Part shown: piece by piece, positions 1-8,563 of the stretch
Position numbering within the stretch: position 1 is the stretch's first letter
Layout: every line of letters begins with the position of its first letter
Assembly: GCA_964551175.1 (NCBI GenBank)
Contig: CAZKBZ010000002.1
Span: 2,110 to 66,109, forward strand
DNA: 64,000 bases
Direction: 5' to 3'
Origin: an uncultured Desulfobulbus sp.
Lineage (GTDB): Bacteria > Desulfobacterota > Desulfobulbia > Desulfobulbales > Desulfobulbaceae
The notes under the pieces: model-generated
Databases searched by the model: none
Seen by the model: only the letters and a program-made list of their open reading frames with translations
Told to the model about the DNA's origin: nothing
Made by a program: the position numbers and the translations under genes

Positions 1-83
1 CAGAATTTTCATGCTGTTGATCAACCACTAAACGTCCTCAAACCAACCAAGTAAAGTTATTCTCAGCTGCCTTCACACTTACC

Positions 84-1544
84 CTATCCATCGATTCCAC
101 CCAGACAGAGGTATTTCATTTCCAGGTATTCATCGATTCCGTATTTTGATCCTTCCCTGCCGATGCCGGATTCCTTGATGCCGCCAAAGGGTGCTGTTTC
201 CGTGGACATGATGCCGGTGTTGATGCCCACCATGCCGTATTCAAGGGATTCCGCCACCCGCCAGACCCGGCCGACATCACGGCTGTAAAAATATGAGGCC
301 AGGCCGTAGGGAGAATCATTTGCCAGGGCAACCGCCTCCTCTTCATGTGTAAAGGAGAACAGGGGGGCCACCGGCCCGAATGTTTCCTCGTAGGCAATCA
401 GCATGTCTGTGGTTACATCCAACAGAATGGTGGGCTCAAAAAAGAAACCGCCCTGATCAGACCGCCTGCCACCGCAGCCAAGACGGGCTCCTTTATCCAG
501 TGCATCCTGGATCTGCTGTTCAACCTTCATCACCGCGTTCAGATCAATGAGCGGGCCCTGGTTGACACCAGCATCCAGACCATTGCCCACTTTGAGATGT
601 TCCCTGACCGCCTTGATCAGCCTGTCGGCAAAGGCCTCATAAATGCCCTGCTGAACGATAAAACGGTTAGCGCAGACACAGGTCTGACCGGAGTTTCGGT
701 ACTTGGAGGCAACGGCACCTTCAACGGCCTCGTCCAAGTCTGCATCATCAAAGATGATAAAGGGTGCATGTCCGCCCAGTTCCAGGGAAATTTTTTTCAC
801 CGTGTCTGCACACTGGCGCATCAGCATCTTGCCGACAGCTGTGGAACCGGTAAAACTGAGTTTGCGGACAATGGGATTACAGGTCAACTCCCCGCCTATC
901 TCACTTGCCGGTCCAGTCAGGACATTGAACACTCCCGGTGGCATTCCGGCCTCCCCGGCAAGTTGTGCAAGGGCCAGTGCGGAAAACGGTGTCTGGCCGG
1001 CTGGTTTAATCACCACCGGACAGCCGGCAGCCAGTGCCGGCGCCGCCTTGCGGGTGATCATGGCGGATGGAAAATTCCAGGGCGTAATGGCTGCACATAC
1101 GCCGACCGGCTGCTTGATGACCACTATACGCTTACCTGCCTGGCCCATGGGGATAGTATCTCCGTACACCCGTTTGGCCTCCTCGGCGAACCATTCGACA
1201 AAGCTGGCCCCGTACAGAACTTCTCCCCGGGACTCGGCAAGCGGCTTGCCCTGCTCCATGGTCATAATCATGGCCAGGTCATCCTGGTGCTCAACAATAA
1301 GATCATACCAGTGCCGGATTATGCGGGACCGTTCATGGGCGGTCATCGCCCGCCAGGCCGGCCAGGCAGCATCGGCAGCAGCAATGGCCCGGGCCGTCTC
1401 TTCCCTGCCCAGAGCAGGAACCGAACCTATCAGTTCACCTGTTGCCGGGTTATGCACCTCAATAACCCTGCTGGTTGTCGCATCTATCCAATCACCATCA
1501 ATAAAGCACTGAGTTTTAAATAAATCCTTTTTTTTCAAGTTCAT
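84..1544 (-). CDS. gabD: NAD(P)+-dependent succinate-semialdehyde dehydrogenase (aldehyde dehydrogenase family)
   Basis: 486-aa ORF with ALDH hallmarks ITPWNFP, LELGG and the catalytic-Cys motif GQTCVCANR. The overall sequence reads like GabD/SSADH. AAGGTGA Shine-Dalgarno lies just upstream of the ATG on the minus strand. Confidence 0.85.
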   Translation of the reverse strand: MNLKKKDLFKTQCFIDGDWIDATTSRVIEVHNPATGELIGSVPALGREETARAIAAADAAWPAWRAMTAHERSRIIRHWYDLIVEHQDDLAMIMTMEQGKPLAESRGEVLYGASFVEWFAEEAKRVYGDTIPMGQAGKRIVVIKQPVGVCAAITPWNFPSAMITRKAAPALAAGCPVVIKPAGQTPFSALALAQLAGEAGMPPGVFNVLTGPASEIGGELTCNPIVRKLSFTGSTAVGKMLMRQCADTVKKISLELGGHAPFIIFDDADLDEAVEGAVASKYRNSGQTCVCANRFIVQQGIYEAFADRLIKAVREHLKVGNGLDAGVNQGPLIDLNAVMKVEQQIQDALDKGARLGCGGRRSDQGGFFFEPTILLDVTTDMLIAYEETFGPVAPLFSFTHEEEAVALANDSPYGLASYFYSRDVGRVWRVAESLEYGMVGINTGIMSTETAPFGGIKESGIGREGSKYGIDEYLEMKYLCLGGIDG

Positions 1545-1767
1545 GGATCACCTTTGATAATGCATGCCGGCGCAGATATGAGAAGCAAAGAGTATCTGCA
1601 ACTCTGAACCGGCGCTTTTTTATTTCTGAAAAACAACAAATATGATAAATTAAATATATAGGTAACAAAGAAAACGTACTGAATTCCGTTCTAATGTACC
1701 AGCATTAAAATCCTTTTCAAGTCTATCCTGAAAAAGATTGGCAGGTGCAGCAACCGAATCGGCTGGA

Positions 1768-2241
1768 ATGATAACGGAACTGAGAGCATCAAAGCGGTAT
1801 ATTGATTATCTCCCCATTCGGGTAAGCGCCAGGGACGGGGTAAACGGAAAAATTGTGGCCGGACCGCTGTCAGGACGGATCATTGATATTTCTACCACCG
1901 GTGCCTGTCTGCTCATGACCCAGATAATGAGCAACAGTTATCATATTTTTCACTCGACTCGTGAAAACGACTCTCTTTCCCTGCAGTTGCAGATAAACCT
2001 GCCACCTGATATCGTTGACTGCACCATTTCGGCTCGACCGATATGGATGAACCTGTTCCGTCAGGATGAAATCCGAGCCTTTAAGATGGGAGTTGAGTTT
2101 CTGACCAATCCCGAAGGAAAACAGATAAAGCAATTAATGCTGGCCATGGCCAGGCAGCAGAAAAAACGGGCGGACTGGTGGGCTTCCCAGACAATGCGTC
2201 GAGCAAAATCACTCAATTTTTCACTGTTTACCGGACGGTGA
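1768..2241 (+). CDS. PilZ-domain (c-di-GMP-binding) protein
   Basis: RxxxR (RASKR) is followed about 30 aa later by DxSxxG (DISTTG), the two PilZ c-di-GMP binding motifs. The ORF opens at TTG 1738. The first ATG at 1768 is used here, so the start is uncertain. Confidence 0.7.
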   Translation: MITELRASKRYIDYLPIRVSARDGVNGKIVAGPLSGRIIDISTTGACLLMTQIMSNSYHIFHSTRENDSLSLQLQINLPPDIVDCTISARPIWMNLFRQDEIRAFKMGVEFLTNPEGKQIKQLMLAMARQQKKRADWWASQTMRRAKSLNFSLFTGR

Positions 2242-3766
2242 ATGCCTGCACAGGATTTGTCACGCCCCGCAGCTGAATTTCTCCCATATCAGTCACCGCC
2301 ACCCGATCATCCCGCAGATCACGACGTACTGCTTCAGTAATATATATCCTGCAGGCAGAGGACAGTGCAGCCAGTCGCTGGGCAATGTTCACTTCTGTTC
2401 CGATAACCGTGTAATCAAGACGCCTGGAAGAGCCGACATTGCCTAAAAACATATCTCCGCAGGTCAGGGCGACACCGAGATCAATGGTGGAAAAAAACCG
2501 GTCACGCTTCTGCCAGCACTGTTTCAGTTCTGCAAAACGTTTGCAGATGGCCATTGCAGTCTCCACAGCCCTTACATTGGCATTATCCAGTTCTATAGGA
2601 GCACCAAACAGTGCCAGGACGGCATCTCCCATAAATTTATCGATCGTGCCGCGGTGCTGAAAAATTGTTTCAGTGAACAGCTGAAAAAATTCATTCAAAA
2701 AATCACGCAGCACATCTAGAGGCAGTTGCTGAACCATACCGGTAAAGTTGCGAATATCAGCAAACAGAACCGTCACTTTTCTGATTTCACCCAGGTTGGT
2801 GGTCAAATCTGCATCACTGGCCAGCAGCAGTTCAGCCACTTCCGGAGCAACATACTGTTCCAGCAGAGTCTGCAGCCTGGTTTTCTCTTCCAGGGAAAGA
2901 AGGGAACGGACATTTTCCAGGGCCAGGGCAGCCTGGGTACAGAGGATACCCAGCATTTCAATGTCAGACTCGGCAAATCGGATATCACCGTCAGTATAGC
3001 TAACATTAAGAACCCCCAAGGTCCTGTCGCGAACGATCATGGGAAAGGAGACTGCCGACACGATTTCCGGCCGTTTCAGCAGATCGGCAAACGGGGAGTC
3101 CTGCTGCGTTTCCCGGTTCAATATCACCGGTTTTTTTTCAGCAAACACCCAACCGGCAATCTTGTCACCGGGCCGAATTCTGATCTGCCGGGCCAGTTCC
3201 TCATCTATCCCCCGTGAGGCTGCAATACGAAGACATCCTTCCTGTTCATCAAAGAGCATCACGGACAGGCTGTCTGCTGCCGTCTGGGCGGCAACAACGT
3301 CCAGCAGGCAGCCCAGAACCTGTTGCTGCGTGGTTGACGACAAAAACTTTTCTCCAAGTCCATACAGCGGCAACAGGGCACGGAGTCGAGTGTTCTCCTC
3401 GCGCAGGGCAGTTGATTCCATGGCCCTGTTGACATGAGAACGAAGCTGCTCAGGATCCAGAGGACGAGTCAACAGTCCTGAAAAACCGCTCTCCATGGCC
3501 TCAAGACAGGGGATCACGGAATTGGCGCCTGCAGCAATAAGCAGACCGACCAGTTCCGGATTCTCTGCCTGCAATCTGTGAAAGAGAGCAATACCGCTCT
3601 CTCCGGCAAGGTCCTCCGCCACCATGGCCACCCTGACCGGATTATTCCGACAAAACTCTGTTACCTCGGATGGAGCACAGCACTCCACCGGATATTCTTT
3701 TATAATATCTATAATCTGTTGACACAGTTCAGGATCATCTGCAATCAACAGGACAGGTGACGCCAT
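2228..3766 (-). CDS. Response-regulator receiver / GAF / class III adenylate-guanylate cyclase
   Basis: N-terminal REC-like domain (VLLIADD ... VAEDLAGESG), a central GAF-like region (SLSVMLFDEQEGCLRIAASRGI), and a C-terminal CYCc domain (VTVLFADIRNFTG, KFMGDAVLALFGAP, GTEVNIAQRL). Confidence 0.85.
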   Translation of the reverse strand: MASPVLLIADDPELCQQIIDIIKEYPVECCAPSEVTEFCRNNPVRVAMVAEDLAGESGIALFHRLQAENPELVGLLIAAGANSVIPCLEAMESGFSGLLTRPLDPEQLRSHVNRAMESTALREENTRLRALLPLYGLGEKFLSSTTQQQVLGCLLDVVAAQTAADSLSVMLFDEQEGCLRIAASRGIDEELARQIRIRPGDKIAGWVFAEKKPVILNRETQQDSPFADLLKRPEIVSAVSFPMIVRDRTLGVLNVSYTDGDIRFAESDIEMLGILCTQAALALENVRSLLSLEEKTRLQTLLEQYVAPEVAELLLASDADLTTNLGEIRKVTVLFADIRNFTGMVQQLPLDVLRDFLNEFFQLFTETIFQHRGTIDKFMGDAVLALFGAPIELDNANVRAVETAMAICKRFAELKQCWQKRDRFFSTIDLGVALTCGDMFLGNVGSSRRLDYTVIGTEVNIAQRLAALSSACRIYITEAVRRDLRDDRVAVTDMGEIQLRGVTNPVQAFTVR

Positions 3767-3876
3767 ATTGGATTCTCTACAGTGTTACAGGAAAAACTCA
3801 AATGATCAGATTCTCTTCATAATACCATTTTGTAACTGACAACACAAGACACTGTCCTGAGCTGGTTTCTGATAAC

Positions 3877-3905
3877 TTGACGTAATTCAGATTCCTGTTC
3901 ATAAT
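3877..3905 (+). promoter_or_regulatory. Candidate sigma70-type promoter for rarA (TTGACG-17 nt-CATAAT)
   Basis: TTGACG at 3877-3882, a 17-nt spacer, and CATAAT at 3900-3905. The -10 box ends only 6 nt before the rarA ATG (3912) and there is no Shine-Dalgarno, so the transcript may be leaderless. Confidence 0.35.
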
Positions 3906-3911
3906 AAGCCC

Positions 3912-5264
3912 ATGAATCCACAAAAGCACGATCCTGTTCCTTTGGCCGAGCGGATGCGTCCGTCAAAACTTGCTGATTTTGTCGGCCAGGAACACCTGGT
4001 GGGCAAAGGAAGGATCTTACATGAACTCATCGCCCGGGACCGGATCCCCTCCCTGCTGCTCTGGGGACCACCCGGATCCGGCAAAACGACCCTGGCAACC
4101 ATACTGGCAAACTCCATTCATGCTGATTTTGTCTTCTTTTCAGCTGTTCTGTCCGGTGTAAAGGAGATCAGGAAAATCGTCACGCAGGCTGAACAGAAAC
4201 AGGCAACAGCGGACGTACAAACCATTTTGTTTGTTGACGAGATCCACCGTTTCAATAAAAGTCAGCAGGATGCATTTTTGCCCCATGTGGAAACAGGACT
4301 GCTGACCCTGATCGGGGCAACCACGGAAAATCCTTCTTTTGAAGTCATCGCCCCTCTGCTGTCCCGCTGCCAGGTTCTGCTTCTCCATCCCCTTGACTCT
4401 GAAGACATCAAAAAAATTCTGCAACGGGCACTGCGAGACAATGATGGACTGGCTGGAGAGGGGCTGGAAATCGAGGATCAGGCACTGGAAATGCTGGCAA
4501 AGGGCGTGGACGGGGATTGCAGGCGGGCACTCAACTGCCTGGAAACAGCCTCAATACTTGTACAAAAAAACAGTGGCAACAAGCCCCTTATCATCACCGG
4601 AGAACTGGTCCGCGAGGCCATGCAGGAACGAAGCTTACGTTATGATCAGACAGGTGAGGAACATTACAACCTGATCTCGGCCCTGCATAAGAGCCTGCGC
4701 GACAGTGACCCGGATGGAGCATGTTACTGGCTGGGACGGATGCTTGCCGGCGGGGAAGACCCGCTTTACATCGCCCGCCGGCTGATCCGTTTTGCCAGCG
4801 AAGACATCGGTATCAGTGATCCCTGGGCGCTTGAGGTGGCAATCAGCTGCCGCCAGGCCTATCATATGCTGGGTTCTCCGGAAGGAGAGCTTGCCCTGTA
4901 CCAGGCTACAACCTATCTTGCCACTGCTCCCAAGAGTAATGCTCTCTATATGATGGAGAAAAAAGTCAACAAAGAGATCAGGCGCTCAGGCTCCCTGGAG
5001 GTTCCCCTGCACCTGCGGAATGCTCCGACAAAGTTGATGAAAAAAATCGGTTATGGAAAAAACTACCAGTATGCCCATGACAGCCGGGACGGACTGGTTG
5101 ATCAGGAGCATTTGCCCGATGAACTTTCAGGTACACAGTTCTATTATCCCACGGATCGGGGCTATGAGGCTGTTGTCCGCGATCGATTGATTCGCTGGCG
5201 AAAAATCCTACAACAACGGGTACGAAAACATGAAGATAACAAACAGAAAAAAAACAACTCTTAA
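3912..5264 (+). CDS. rarA: Replication-associated recombination protein A (AAA+ ATPase MgsA/RarA)
   Basis: Walker A LWGPPGSGKTTLA, Walker B ILFVDEIHRFNK, and a C-terminal MgsA-type domain (HYNLISALHKSLRDSDPDGACYWLGRML). Confidence 0.9.
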   Translation: MNPQKHDPVPLAERMRPSKLADFVGQEHLVGKGRILHELIARDRIPSLLLWGPPGSGKTTLATILANSIHADFVFFSAVLSGVKEIRKIVTQAEQKQATADVQTILFVDEIHRFNKSQQDAFLPHVETGLLTLIGATTENPSFEVIAPLLSRCQVLLLHPLDSEDIKKILQRALRDNDGLAGEGLEIEDQALEMLAKGVDGDCRRALNCLETASILVQKNSGNKPLIITGELVREAMQERSLRYDQTGEEHYNLISALHKSLRDSDPDGACYWLGRMLAGGEDPLYIARRLIRFASEDIGISDPWALEVAISCRQAYHMLGSPEGELALYQATTYLATAPKSNALYMMEKKVNKEIRRSGSLEVPLHLRNAPTKLMKKIGYGKNYQYAHDSRDGLVDQEHLPDELSGTQFYYPTDRGYEAVVRDRLIRWRKILQQRVRKHEDNKQKKNNS

Positions 5265-6810
5265 GCTGCCGGCAGCAGTTCTGCTGCTGTTACTGAGCAT
5301 GGCACATCCGCTGCAGGCGGGTGAATTTCTACTCTTTTACGCAAATGATGTTCTGGGCGAAACAGAGCCCTGTGGCTGAAAGTCCAGCCAGCTGGGCGGT
5401 CTGTCCAGAAAAGCGTATCAGATAAAAAACATAGCGAGTCAGGAAAAACTTCCCTACCTGTTTGTTGACAGCGGGGCGCTGCTCTTTAAACAAAAAAACA
5501 TCCGGCCCGGGATGCAGGAACAGGAAAAAGTCACTGCCCGGGGAATTGCCAGAGCCATGCAGACCATGAACTGCAGGGCCGTCTCCATTGCTGCGCAGGA
5601 TCTGGCCGGCGGGCTTGATCTGCTTAAACACATTCAGGACGAACAAAAACTGAACTGGCTGTCCATGAACCTGGTTGACAAAAATACCAGCCAGCCTATT
5701 TTTGCCCCATTTCTTGACACTGAAATCGGCGATACAACCATTACAATCCTGGGACTCACCGATGAACAGGCTGCTCAGGGAAAAGATGAGAACTACACCA
5801 TCCTGCCCTGGCAGGAGGTATTGCCCGAGATTGTTAAAGAAATGGACTCAAGGACGGACATGATCATCCTGCTTTCCAGCTACCCTGAAGAGGTCAACAG
5901 GGAGATTGGACGGACAGTTAAAGGTATCGACCTGATCCTTGAATCAGGTCACGGTGGATCCAATCTTGCTCCGCACAGGGTGGAAGACACACTGATTGCA
6001 AGGGTTGGGGCCCGGGGAAAATATATCGGCATGATGCGGATTAACTGGACTGAAGCCGGGAAATGGGGACGGAATCTGTCCGAGCAGTTACGTGCTGAAC
6101 AAAACCGGCTGGACAGGATAAACTGGCAGATCGGTCGCATGCAAAAACGGTCCCCTGAAAAAGACCTGCAGACAGACAGGCGCTACCAGCGGTTACTGGC
6201 AACCAGAGAAAAATCCATTCAAAAAATTGCAGAATTAAAGAAGAGAAAAAAACTGGCAACCGGAGAGCCGTGCAGCTTCAGCAACCGCTTTATCGGCCTG
6301 AAATCTTCCCTGCCCGAAGACAAAGAGATACAGGCCATTGTTGACCAGACCACCCGGGAGGTCAACAGGCTCAACCGCAACCGCATGCGCAACAGCACCA
6401 AGCAGTCCCATCCCTCACTGCAGACAATGGCCGGTTGGCCACGGTGCCAGAAATGTCATCCACTGCAGACAGCATTCTGGCAGACAACAGACCATGCAGA
6501 TGCACTGAAGACCCTGGAACAAGACAACCAGCAGTTTAACGAAGAGTGTCTGCTCTGCCATGTGACCCTGCCCTATTATGACGCTGCCAGGGTCAAATCT
6601 GAAAAACTGCTTCTGCAACTGCCCGGTTCCCTGAAAACCGTGGGGTGCGAGTCCTGTCATGGACCGGGAGCGGTCCACAGTGAACAGCCGGAATCAACTC
6701 TTCTTGTTAAGCCTGAGCAAAGGATCTGCACAGGTTGCCACACTCCGGACCATGACGACAATTTTGTCTTTGGTGACAAGATAGGCAGGGTTCGCTGCCC
6801 CAGGGGATAG
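5230..6810 (+). CDS. Periplasmic tetrahaem c-type cytochrome with metallophosphoesterase-like N-domain; proposed selenoprotein (UGA 5377-5379 read as Sec50)
   Basis: The frame of the 5512..6810 ORF stays open upstream to ATG 5230, with TGA 5377-5379 as the only stop. The upstream part encodes a Sec signal peptide, MKITNRKKTTLKLPAAVLLLLLSMAHPLQA. There are four CxxCH sites (CQKCH, CLLCH, CESCH, CTGCH). The TGA sits in GETEPCG-TGA-KSSQLGGL. Confidence 0.6.
5392..5408 (+). promoter_or_regulatory. SECIS-like hairpin downstream of UGA 5377
   Basis: CUGGGC[GGUCU]GUCCAG forms a 6-bp stem (one G-U pair) with a GGUCU apical loop. Counting the U of UGA as +1, the loop G and U fall at +23/+24, the same positions as in the E. 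coli fdhF SECIS as I recall it. Confidence 0.45.
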
Positions 6811-6812
6811 AA

Positions 6813-6848
6813 GACCACCTTGTAAAACAGCAATCTTGCAAGGTGGTC
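6813..6848 (+). terminator. Perfect 10-bp inverted repeat just after the cytochrome stop codon
   Basis: GACCACCTTG (6813-6822) pairs with CAAGGTGGTC (6839-6848) around a 16-nt loop. No U-tract follows on the plus strand, so terminator function is uncertain. Confidence 0.35.
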
Positions 6849-6913
6849 AAAAGAGGAAAAAAAGGGAAAGAAAGCCGGTAAGAAGACCGGAAACAACTCC
6901 ATCTTCTTACCGG
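6849..6913 (-). terminator. Rho-independent terminator of the BI-1 family gene
   Basis: Perfect 11-bp stem: CCGGTAAGAAG (6875-6885) pairs with CTTCTTACCGG (6903-6913). On the minus strand it is followed by a T-rich run (complement of 6849-6874), 13 nt after the stop at 6926. Confidence 0.55.
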
Positions 6914-6925
6914 AATATAAGGTTA

Positions 6926-7639
6926 TCAGTCACGGCTGCCGCCGAAAAACCGCAGCAGCATCAGAAACAGGTTGATAAAATCAAGGTACAGGGCAAGAGC
7001 GCCGATGATCGATCCCTTGCGGATAGCAGCTTCACCCTGCTCCATGATGCCCTGCTCCCCCATGGTCTTTATTTTCTGAACATCCCAGGCCGTCAGGCCG
7101 ACAAAGACCAGTACGCCGATAACGGAAATTGCCCAGTATACGCTTGAGCTCTTCAGAAAGATATTCACTATGGAGGCAATGATAATCCCGATCAACCCCA
7201 TGAACAGGAAAGATCCCATGCCGGACAGGTCCCTCTTGGTCACCATGCCGTATACCGCCATGGCGCCGAACATGCCGGCGGTAATCAGAAAGGTGCCGCC
7301 AATTGAGGCTTTGGTATAGGCCAGGAAAATGGTGGACAGGGTCAAGCCGTTGAGCACCGCATATCCCAGGAATAGACCTGTTGCCGTGCCGGGCTGTATT
7401 TTATCAATCCGGGCGGACAGGTAAAAAACCATGCCCAGCTCGGCAAAGATCAAAATCATAAAGACGGGACTGCCCACTATCGACATGGCCAGACCGGAAC
7501 TGGCGGTCAGCCAGGCAACGATGCCCGTCAAACCGAGTCCCATGGCCATCCAGTTAAAAACCTTGGCCAGAAAAACCGTTGATGCCTCCTGCCGTGCCTG
7601 GGCAACGGTTATGGTATTACTCGCATACTCTGTCTGCAT
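6926..7639 (-). CDS. Bax inhibitor-1/YccA family membrane protein
   Basis: Seven-TM protein with a typical BI-1/YccA layout (FLAKVFNWMAMGLGLTG ... C-terminal LALYLDFINLFLMLLRFFG). The start is moved to ATG 7637-7639 (MQTEY), which has AAGGAG 10 nt upstream. The longer ORF reaching 7756 would overlap the divergent neighbour. Confidence 0.85.
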   Translation of the reverse strand: MQTEYASNTITVAQARQEASTVFLAKVFNWMAMGLGLTGIVAWLTASSGLAMSIVGSPVFMILIFAELGMVFYLSARIDKIQPGTATGLFLGYAVLNGLTLSTIFLAYTKASIGGTFLITAGMFGAMAVYGMVTKRDLSGMGSFLFMGLIGIIIASIVNIFLKSSSVYWAISVIGVLVFVGLTAWDVQKIKTMGEQGIMEQGEAAIRKGSIIGALALYLDFINLFLMLLRFFGGSRD

Positions 7640-7743
7640 ACTGTATATTCTCCTTACATAGTTTTTATAGTTGGTGATATTTTGATCATCACAGCTTATT
7701 TTAATCATTTTGTCCGGGAAGGCAACTAAATCAGGATAACGAT

Positions 7744-8505
7744 ATGAAAATAGCAATCAGCGGCAAAGGCGGTGTGGGTAAAACAACGATAATGGCCTTG
7801 CTGGCCAGGGAATACAGAAAAATGGGCCGGGAGGTGCTGGTTATTGATGCCGATCCCAGCCCACACATGGCAGAAACCCTGGGCATCAAGGATGCCAAAA
7901 AGGTCAAACCCATTGCCGACATGACAAAACTGCTGGCTGAGCGGGCCGGTAAAACAGAGGGTTCTCCCTTTTACAATCTCAATCCCCAGGTCAATGACCT
8001 GCTGCGGGACTTTATGATAGAACAGGATGGCATCAAATTGATGATCCTGGGTGCGGTACAGACAGCTGAGGGAGGCTGTGCCTGCCCTGAAAACCATGTG
8101 CTCCGCCTGATGCTTAAAAAAATGCTGCTTACGGCTAACGAGGTGGTGCTGCTGGACATGGAAGCCGGCGTTGAACATCTTGGCAGGGGAACAGTGGCAG
8201 GGGTTGACCAGCTGTTGATCGTTGTCATTCCATCCCGGTCAAGTATACGTACCGCCTTGAAGATCAGAAAAATGGCAGAGGATGTCCGGATACCCCGTAT
8301 TTTTTATGTGGGCAATCTGGTGCATGATGAAGAAGACAGACAGTTCCTTATTGATTCCCTGGGGGAATCACCGGTTGCCTTTTTTCCTGACTCAAGAACA
8401 ATACGCACAGCTGAGCGCTCAGAAACTGCGATCATAAATATTGAAGACGCACTGGAGGACGCTCCCCGCCAACTTATGGAGGCAATATTGAGCAATGACG
8501 GCTGA
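7744..8505 (+). CDS. CooC/AcsF-type MinD-family P-loop ATPase (Ni-insertion accessory-like)
   Basis: Deviant Walker A SGKGGVGKTT and a CxC metal motif in EGGCACPEN, at the position typical of CooC. Length 253 aa. Confidence 0.7.
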   Translation: MKIAISGKGGVGKTTIMALLAREYRKMGREVLVIDADPSPHMAETLGIKDAKKVKPIADMTKLLAERAGKTEGSPFYNLNPQVNDLLRDFMIEQDGIKLMILGAVQTAEGGCACPENHVLRLMLKKMLLTANEVVLLDMEAGVEHLGRGTVAGVDQLLIVVIPSRSSIRTALKIRKMAEDVRIPRIFYVGNLVHDEEDRQFLIDSLGESPVAFFPDSRTIRTAERSETAIINIEDALEDAPRQLMEAILSNDG

Positions 8506-8563
8506 GATATCAAAAACAGAATATTTTTTTAACTTTCCCGGAAGGTGATCGCTCTCAAGAAAA

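Noticed and set aside
1-12. Possible start (minus-strand ATG at 10-12, MKIL...) of a gene running off the left edge
   Set aside because: Only four codons are visible, which is too little to call.
345-1523. Long plus-strand ORFs (345..1523, 703..1512) and the minus-strand ORF 116..397 overlapping the aldehyde dehydrogenase gene
   Set aside because: These are shadow ORFs in alternative frames or antisense to a well-supported ALDH gene. Their translations are low-complexity and Pro/Gly/Arg/Ser-rich, with no motifs.
5329-5646. 105-aa minus-strand ORF
   Set aside because: It is antisense to the N-terminal part of the cytochrome gene. Its composition is not protein-like, and it covers the UGA/SECIS region that the plus-strand model explains better.
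5512-6810. The ORF-track gene model starting at ATG 5512 for the tetrahaem protein
   Set aside because: It lacks any signal peptide even though it carries four CxxCH sites. The same frame continues upstream through a single TGA to a perfect signal peptide, so the longer recoded model (5230..6810) is preferred. It remains unproven.
7640-7756. N-terminal extension of the BI-1 family ORF (MLFSYRYPDLVAF...)
   Set aside because: The extension has no BI-1 homology and would overlap the divergent CooC start. The internal ATG at 7639 has a strong AAGGAG ribosome-binding site.
7726-8178. 150-aa minus-strand ORF antisense to the CooC-like gene
   Set aside because: It lies entirely within a well-supported plus-strand gene and has no motifs.
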